A DNA stretch of 64,000 nt from Macrostomum lignano (Eukaryota), in contig NIVC01003744.1 of the NCBI GenBank assembly GCA_002269645.1, positions 1 to 64,000 of the forward strand, in the 5' to 3' direction. This document shows, piece after piece, positions 55,157 to 64,000 of the stretch. The notes beneath the pieces are model-generated. The model was not told where the DNA came from. It saw only the letters and a list, made by a program, of their open reading frames with translations, and ran no database searches. Every line of letters begins with the position of its first letter. Position 1 is the first letter of the stretch. The position numbers and the translations under genes were made by a program.

Positions 55157-55897
55157 ATGAATGCGAAGGCCGGTCTAATCCTTTGCAGTCTCTCAGCTGT
55201 CTGTCTCATTGCTGTTCAAGAGATTGAGCAGTGCTTCAGACAACTCACCAATGGCTCCCTCTGCATCCGCAGCGCCTTCACCCGCAACCTGAGCGGCATC
55301 ACCTCGGACCTGCCGTGCTCTCTGCATTGCGGCTCCGATCAGCGCTGCCAGGCCTTCACCACCGCCGACGGTCTGTGCCAGCTGTTCGTGTTCGACAAGT
55401 GCAGCAAGTCGGTGAGGGACTGCAGCTGCTCCAGGAGAGGCCGCCTGTTCGTGAAGCGGCAGCCGGGACTCTCGGCGGGCTCGCTGTGTCCTGTGGGCTA
55501 CGGCGACGAGCTGTGCGGAGTGAAGTACCGGGTGCTGAAGAACAACGCAACTTGGGCGGTTCAGAGAGGAAGGTGCGAGTCGGAGCCGGGCCTGGTGATC
55601 ATGGCCGATGTCGCTGACGCAGCTGAGCTGAGCCACGTGAATGCCCTGTTTGCCGCTCACTCCCCCACCAATCCCATGTACCTGGGCGGCTACCGGGTGT
55701 TTCCGGGAGCCCAGGAGACAGACGGCTGGTTCTGGGTCGGCTGCAACATCACGATCGGCTCCGTGTGGGGAACTGGTGAACCGAGTGGATTTAGCGAAAT
55801 GGCCACCGCTCGATACCCGACCGTAACAAACGTAGTGGACATCACCGATATGGGTCTCTTTGGCGCCCTTTGTGAATGCGTATCGCCCTTCGACTGA
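55157..55897 (+). CDS. Secreted PAN/Apple + C-type lectin-like protein (246 aa, intronless)
   Basis: Signal peptide MNAKAGLILCSLSAVCLIA; PAN motif CSLHCGSDQRCQAF...CQLF; CTLD motifs CPVGY...TWAVQRGRCES...MYLGG...WFW...WGTGEPS...ALCE. Confidence 0.85.
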   Translation: MNAKAGLILCSLSAVCLIAVQEIEQCFRQLTNGSLCIRSAFTRNLSGITSDLPCSLHCGSDQRCQAFTTADGLCQLFVFDKCSKSVRDCSCSRRGRLFVKRQPGLSAGSLCPVGYGDELCGVKYRVLKNNATWAVQRGRCESEPGLVIMADVADAAELSHVNALFAAHSPTNPMYLGGYRVFPGAQETDGWFWVGCNITIGSVWGTGEPSGFSEMATARYPTVTNVVDITDMGLFGALCECVSPFD

Positions 55898-57907
55898 GTC
55901 TGTCATCGCACACCGTCTCTGTTGAAAATGTCAGAAGCCACGTTTTGGAAACGGACCCTAAGAACTGGTTAAACTGAGTTTTAAAGATTGCGATTGCCGA
56001 AACGTATTTTGCCTTTGACGCACTGCCACCCGTTCCTCACAGGTTTCGCTGTGTTCTGAGCATGCCCGCCTCACAACTGTCACTTTCAGTTGATCTCCTT
56101 GGCTGCCACATGGCTCCCACCGAGCCTGAAACGAATTTGCCTCTGGCTTTTCAAACAGAATCGCAGCTTCTCTTTTCTAAGAATTCACAAATCGCCAAAT
56201 TCTCTTGCAGATTTTCCTCCACTTCAATGAAGTTAGAATGCGACTTGACGCTTGTATTCTTAGCTATTTTTATGTATGCAGTGAGAACTACAGTACTTGT
56301 TGTAATTAATTTTTTTATCTGCTCTTGTTACTACAAACCGGTTGGATCTGAGATTTAATTTCACCTCCCACCTCGAGCAGATAACCTTGGCTGTTTCCCT
56401 TGAATCGTGTACCTGAAGCCGTGATCCTTGAACTTATATCATCTAAACCAAATATATTTTTGACTAGATTAATTGATTTTATCAAATGGACTCCACGCAG
56501 TTTAGCTCGTGTTTCTGGCAAACAGAAATCGATCATTTTTTCTGAAGCCCTGCGTTTTCTCCTGGGTCAGCATAAAGCACAAAAATACAGCCCAAATATG
56601 AGGAAACATCGCTGCATATTTGCATATTGACAGCAGCTGACTGTTACCCCTTACCCAAATCACCTCCGGTTGCAGGTGCACCTGAATCGAATTTTTTATT
56701 GTGCTGATAATTACACATTAAACTTAGTCAGGATCATTTGTTTACGAGCGTGAGATAAGCAAAAAGTTGGATTAAAAATATTTTTTCTCCATTCTTCCAA
56801 TCTCCAAATGGATTGACTTCATCTAGCTCTCCCAGCCTCATAATGCAGCCTCACAGAAATTATCTTGTAGCTGTGCGGAGGTTAAAAAACAACTCAATAT
56901 TTGATGGAGCAATTTTTGTATGGGCTCCACATCAGCCTCTTTAATAATTCATGCCAATATCTACCATCCGTAGCAGGATGAAGTTTCTATATCCGCTTCC
57001 AGAGACAACTGCTGTGGGATTTGGGGAGCCTGCAGCGTTCCGCTGAGGCGCTTAAGCTTGACGATGGGCCATGCAGAGTCCCCCTCCTGCCCATTTAATC
57101 CCAGTTTGATCCCAGTTGATTGATTCTTTTTATGCAGGCAGATATTTATCGACGCATAGCTGAGACTCACATATAGATGCTGGCTTAAAACAGTTGCCAT
57201 GCGCGGCAAGTGCATCGAAATTGTTGACAACGTAAATTTGTAGCTGGGGACAGCTTGGCCAGCACCGGCTAACAAGAGCGACTTTTTTCCGGCTTCTCTT
57301 CAGTCTTAAATCCAGTAACAATTTCGCCAATCAGCAGTTCACTTCAATTAGTATGCTCAACTATGAGAATTGCGTGTATGAATCAGAAGCAGATCTTGGG
57401 GCCCAGTGACCACACGTTAAGGTCCTTGCGAGTCCCTGTGAGTGAGAACTCGTCAAAGTCCTCTTGCAGCATCTGGAGACATTGGAAAGCATTTTATCGG
57501 GATGAAATCATGGCCAGGGCCACCATAGCGCCGCGTAAATGCATTTAAACGATCTGAATGTGTTCTTTTATTTTACGGTAGATCGACAACAGCAATTTCA
57601 TGTTAAGTGCTTCCATTCTAAGTAGAAAATAAATAAGGCCTTGAGTTACTTCATCCACTGACTCCCCAGCAACAGATTAGTCTACTTTTTTTGCAGATAC
57701 GCTTGTCAGAACTATTGTTCATTGGCAAGCTGGCACAAGTGGGTGCTGGTATTTTACCCGGCCCAGCCACTGCGGCCAAACGACCAAACGGCCCCCATGC
57801 CTAGCCGACATAATATGAGAGGCTTGTTTCTTATTTTAACATCAAATCTTAATATTTTAATGAAAAACAAATGCATGAATTACTATTGCCTCCGTATTTA
57901 TACCTGT

Positions 57908-58290
57908 ATATCTTGTACCTGTAGCCGTGCTCCTTGAATTTATATCTTGTACCTGTAGCCGTGATCCTTGAATTTATATCTTGTACCTGTAGCCGTGATC
58001 CTTGAATTTATATCTTGTACCTGTAGCCGTGCTCCTTGAATTTATATCTTGTACCTGTAGCCGTGCTCCTTGAATTTATATCTTGTACCTGTAGCCGTGA
58101 TCCTTGAATTTATATCTTGTACCTGTAGCCGTGATCCTTGAATTTATATCTTGTACCTGTAGCCGTGCTCCTTGAATTTATATCGGTTGTACCTGTAGCC
58201 GTGTTCCTTGAATTTATATCTTGTACCTGTAGCCGTGCTCCTTGAATTTATATCTTGTACCTGTAGCCATGTTTCTGGAATTTATATCTT
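57908..58290. repeat. 34-bp minisatellite (TGTACCTGTAGCCGTG(C/A)TCCTTGAATTTATATCT)n
   Basis: Direct reading; about 11 copies. Confidence 0.95.
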
Positions 58291-59114
58291 CTAAACGAAA
58301 TATAAACGAAATATTTAAGCCAATAATCCTGAAACTCCTGAATAATGGACTTTACGCAATGTTTTATGGCAAACAGAAATATAGAATATATCTGATGCTC
58401 CTGAGTAGTGTTTATCCTGAGTCAGCAGTCAGGCTGGTGGAGCATAAATGCACCCCAAAGGATAAGAAAACTTATCGCTGCATATTGGCAGCAGGATTGC
58501 CTGTTCCACCTCATCCGAATCGCTAATTGCCGGTACGGTTGCAGGTGCTAATAAAGATATAAAGATAACCTGTTTGATTATCTTTATAGCAAACAATTCA
58601 TTTTTGCAAGTGTTAAAATTTTGGTCAGATTTCAAACTGCCGGCCGTAGGCGGGCATACAGAACCCAGTCAACAATCAATCAATGACTTTATATTTAATT
58701 ATGATTATACAGAACTACATAGAGCATATAAGTATGTATGGCTTAGAGAAATATTTCTGCCCAGTAATCTAAAATTTAAACAAATAGATTTTTAAAAATT
58801 AAATAGAAAAATTCAATCGTTTGTTATACTTTCTAAGATAATTTTAAATGCTAACGTGACTATAAGTGAATTAATTCATAAATGAAGAATGATATATGAA
58901 TACGTAATGTTTGATATGATCAATACAAACTACAAAAATAGGACTGCAAAAAAGATTTTTAAGTACTGAGGTTAGAAAAACAGTCCACACCGCAGTCAAG
59001 TCTTATACATGTACTAAATATCAACAAATCAAGTGTGGCTCATACTTGAGTGTCCTACTGGTCAACGGACTATAAAAATTCAACGTATATTTCGGGGCAC
59101 CACAGTACACAGCT

Positions 59115-59972
59115 TCATTGCAAGCTTCTGACAAGCCGTTCTACCACTTCAGCAACAGCACACAGTGCGATTAGCGGCAGTAAAATATAATAAGAGACAA
59201 AGCATAATAAAGTCCATGCTACAGCAAGTAGGGACAGGAAAATATTCCAAGAAAATGAAATTACCAAGTAGAGTACGTAACAAGAAAAGGCGGCCGCCAA
59301 GAAGCCACAGAAGGCTTCAGGCCAGCTCTGCAAATCGCACTGAACTCCTTTGTCGACCATCGCACTCGTTTCGCCAGAGGTAAACGTCACCAAGTACCTT
59401 GGAGCCGCCTGCTCAGCTCGGTACACAATGTACTCATCGTTGAGCACACCTCCGCTGCTCTTGGTGGCCCGTTTGGCGAACACAGAGTCGAAGCCTCGAG
59501 TTGTCACCTGCTCAAGGTCAAGCCCAGGACTGGACGCTTTGCAAACCAAGGGTTTTCCGATGGCTACGTAGCACAACAGCAGATACTTTGTTCCATTCTC
59601 TCGGCAGTACTGAGCACTCTTGGTGCTGTCGGTGGCAAAGTAGATCCCCGCACCGAACATGCCTCCCCGGCCGACCCGAAAGCCGTCTTCGATAATTTTT
59701 TCAGCATTTTGTCTCGTCGTCCCGTGAAAAAGCAGCTCTGGCTGGCGATCAGCGCTGTGCAGCTCGGGTTGGCAGTTCCTCAGCCTGCGATCCAGCTCTG
59801 GGTTCTCGATTCTCTCGATTGACTGAATCTGAATCCGGATCCGATGCTCCGGTTTGATGTACCGCTCCACTCTGTCCCGAACTGTCAGATACTCTTGAAC
59901 CGTGTCATCGCTGGCCTCGGTGAGGTGTGTCCGGCGGACTTTGCTTTGTGTCCAGTTTGGCGGAAGGTTGTT
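59115..59972 (-). CDS. PARP/ART catalytic domain protein with C-terminal hydrophobic membrane anchor (terminal exon; 5' exon not resolved)
   Basis: After acceptor TTCTTCAG the exon reads NNLPPNW...IERIENP...LLFHGT...GMFGAGIYFATDSTKSAQY...LLLCYVAIG...FDSV...NDEYIVY, followed by about 55 hydrophobic residues. Confidence 0.88.
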   Translation of the reverse strand, partial: NNLPPNWTQSKVRRTHLTEASDDTVQEYLTVRDRVERYIKPEHRIRIQIQSIERIENPELDRRLRNCQPELHSADRQPELLFHGTTRQNAEKIIEDGFRVGRGGMFGAGIYFATDSTKSAQYCRENGTKYLLLCYVAIGKPLVCKASSPGLDLEQVTTRGFDSVFAKRATKSSGGVLNDEYIVYRAEQAAPRYLVTFTSGETSAMVDKGVQCDLQSWPEAFCGFLAAAFSCYVLYLVISFSWNIFLSLLAVAWTLLCFVSYYILLPLIALCAVAEVVERLVRSLQ

Positions 59973-60612
59973 CTGAAGAATTGTCGAGTTTAAATGAAAG
60001 TTTAGCCAGACAGATGGAGCCTATTTTAAGTACTTAAGTACATGCAGATCTTTCGATTCGGATAAGCTTTAGAAATCAATTGATCAGCTACGTTATGCAT
60101 TCAACAATTTAAGCAGTTCACACACCTGGAATGAGGACTCTGCTGTGGACGCTTGATTACCCATTCGGTGTAGTGTGAATACTCAGATAGGAAACTTCTG
60201 TATAATTCAGTGAGATCTTTACTTGACTCAATTGTATTTATTGTTTTTTCTCTGCTCAGCCTAACAGTCTCAAATGGTTGTAGAAATACGTCCGACCTAC
60301 CATCGAGATGGGGAACTTCGAAATGAGGGCTAGATGGACATACAAGCACAGCTAGCCATCGTAATAGTCAATGTACAAGCATTACATTACGCTCGTGAGA
60401 GCGTGTTCTTACGTGGGTATTTCGCATACGAGCAACTGCTTTTCTCACTTTGTGCATACACCTGCGTGTACAAGATTGTACAATAGCAAAGTAACTCGTA
60501 ATTCGGTATGCTATTTTGCCCGTCTTTCGTCTGTTAACTGGTCAAGCATATTGCCAGTCAAGCGAAGTCTGCACGGCGAGTTTGGTCGGCTTTCGTCAAA
60601 AGGGGAACTTCA

Positions 60613-61660
<1,048 letters not shown>

Positions 61661-63508
61661 TGTTTAGTTGGACCTTTCGTCAGTATTTTTCCCTCCTTAC
61701 ATGGACCACCCGTTTTAACTGGACCCCTTACGTGGACCACCATATATATTTCTACATGAAATGTTAAACATGTTTTACATAGACCTATGATGGAGTCTAG
61801 TAGAAAGCGATCGTGGTCCCTAAAGTTGCTCACTCGAAGTTCTTTTGGTTCCAAGTTACAACGGTTTCAGTTTACCTGGACCTTTTACTCGGTCCACCTA
61901 AACCGATTTTCGAGGTCCACGTAAATCGAAATTTCACATGACCCATTTTCAAAAACTGTCTGTTTGGTGTCTGTTTTGTGTCTGTTAGATAAATTGGTAG
62001 CTAAATTTGTCGATTTGTTGTAATCGTGAAAACGTTGTTTTTTGCGATAAAATAACAAATTTGTTAGCAACAATATGTACGAGCGTATAATGGATTTGGG
62101 GCTTGGACGACAAAGACGGAACTATTATATGCTATTAATTTCAAGACAATTTTTATAAAAAATCACGATATTGCATCACAGCATTGAGTCTCCTCTCCAC
62201 CTTGAGTTACTAAAAATTCCTTTAAGATCGCAATTGTAAGTGATGCAACTGGCCACCTGTGCTGCAGGGAACGATGTATTTACACAATCACACACTATGA
62301 AGTAATGATTGATAACAGGCTGTTTCGTACGAGCTATATACCTGTATCTTATTATGTCAAAGCCAAAACGAAAGCCATATTTGTATCGCTATCTTTGAAA
62401 GTCGTAGCTTATCCGAACATTTAAGTGTCTTTAACCAAATTCATTGGACGGAAAATGCAGAGTACATCGTGTGATTGGACTAAGTGAGCCGCTCTTATGC
62501 TTAAAGGAGCCTCACACTCCTTGAAAGATAGCGGCCTTCAGTGGTTCCCCTAAAACGATGTCCTGTAGCACAGACTAATCTCTACCCCCTTATTTTAGCA
62601 TGACTGCTTGTCTCATTGTACACAGCAATGAACACTAGTTGTTTGCTTTTTATTAAAACAGCTGATGTCGGGAGATAAGAATTCTAGAATTTTCTGTTTC
62701 AAGACTGTACAGTGTGAATAGACACTGGCCAACCAGTGGGGTTTCTCAATGGGCACTGTACATTTGCCAGCCACAGAATCTCGCTAACCAATAGGAAAAG
62801 GTCTAATGAAATTGGCGTGGGGTTGCTTGCCTATAGAAGCCTCGCAATCAGGTCCATTTAAACCCAGACTTACTAAGACCAGAGTTTATTTAGGCCCCGT
62901 TGCAATTGCAACTGCAAGTATATAGGAAGAATATCCTGTAGAAAACGGCCAAAATATTTTACTTCGAAAGGATTGAGAAGTGCTGCAAAAAGAAGTTTTT
63001 TATAAAGTGGACTGGCTATCCCAGGTAAGAAAATTTTCAAAAAGAATTACTTCTAATTCTAAATAATATTTTACTTAACTTGTAAAAAATTTAAGGCTTT
63101 ACTGCTTTTCATTTTTAACATGCTTTGTAGGAGTAAAAACACATGGGAGCCGAAAAAAATATCCCCGAGAACATACTAAAGGCTCTGCACTCTGAGTGCG
63201 GTAAGCTATCCTCTACAGTCAATATCAATAGCAAACAATAGCACATTTGCATCAACAACTTATACAGTATTACATTATTTTATACATTTCAGGCAAGTGC
63301 TTCCCTAGAACAAAAGCTAAGGAAAAGTCAGTAGGTTTTGTTGTAACGTGTTATTAAAATTTCTGGTTTTTGCGCTTTACTTAAACTATGAACAAATATT
63401 GTGGACACAATTCTCCTTTACGTTTTTCTTTGATTCGAAATTCCTATACAGCTACAAAATGATTAGCTTCATACTCGTGCTTCAAAGTAAACAAACAGTA
63501 ATTGATTA

Positions 63509-64000
63509 GGGTCCAGCTAACACACCGTGACACCAACAGACAGACGCAGTCAGTTTAAGATGGTGGCCCGATCTGGGGTCCAGCTAACACACCGTGACAC
63601 CAACAGACAGACGCAGTCAGTTTAAGATGGTGGCCCGATCTGGGGTCCAGCTAACACACCGTGACACCAACAGACAGACGCAGTCAGTTTAAGATGGTGC
63701 CCCGACCTGGGGTCCAGCTAACACACCGTGACACCAACAGACAGACGCAGTCAGTTTAAGATGGTGCCCCGACCTGGGGTCCAGCTAACACACCGTGACA
63801 CCAACAGACAGACGCAGTCAGTTTAAGATGGTGCCCCGACCTGGGGTCCAGCTAACACACCGTGACACCAACAGACAGACGCAGTCAGTGTAAGATGGTG
63901 CCCCGATCTGGGGTCCAGCTAACACACCGTGACACCAACAGACAGACGCAGTCAGTTTAAGATGGTGGCCCGATCTGGGGTCCAGCTAACACACCGTGAC
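63509..64000. repeat. 67-bp tandem repeat, at least 7.3 copies, runs off the window
   Basis: GTCCAGCTAACACACCGTGAC... recurs at 63511, 63578, 63645 and onward. Confidence 0.96.

Noticed and set aside
60101-60349. Upstream exon of the PARP gene
   Set aside because: The best donor gives the wrong phase and the in-phase donor (GTAATC) is weak, so it is left unassigned.

Overview
Eukaryotic (metazoan invertebrate) genomic DNA with spliceosomal introns and GC-rich exons, densely packed with micro- and minisatellites. The style is consistent with a free-living flatworm such as Macrostomum, but this is an inference and was not verified. Most long ORFs in the track are repeat artefacts. Genes assembled by hand with matching splice phases: a 6-exon eva-1/EVA1C-like gene (signal peptide, two SUEL lectin domains, one TM; minus strand, 6851-24911), a 6-exon cyclin G (minus, 39651-41552), intronless GSKIP, two paralogous secreted WSC+PAN proteins, a secreted PAN+C-type-lectin protein, a PARP catalytic domain with a hydrophobic C-terminal anchor, the last exon of a casein kinase 1, and a possible KH-domain gene. 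Mobile DNA: two hAT-type MITEs with 8-bp TSDs, a young 5'-truncated RNase H-bearing LINE with a 14-bp TSD, and two older LINE fragments. The most unusual region is 49.7-54.8 kb. It holds a G-poor insert with duplicated twin RNA-like hairpins, followed by a modular array of GGCAACAGC-type repeat blocks separated by 96-99-nt intron-like spacers. No rRNA, tRNA or CRISPR was seen.
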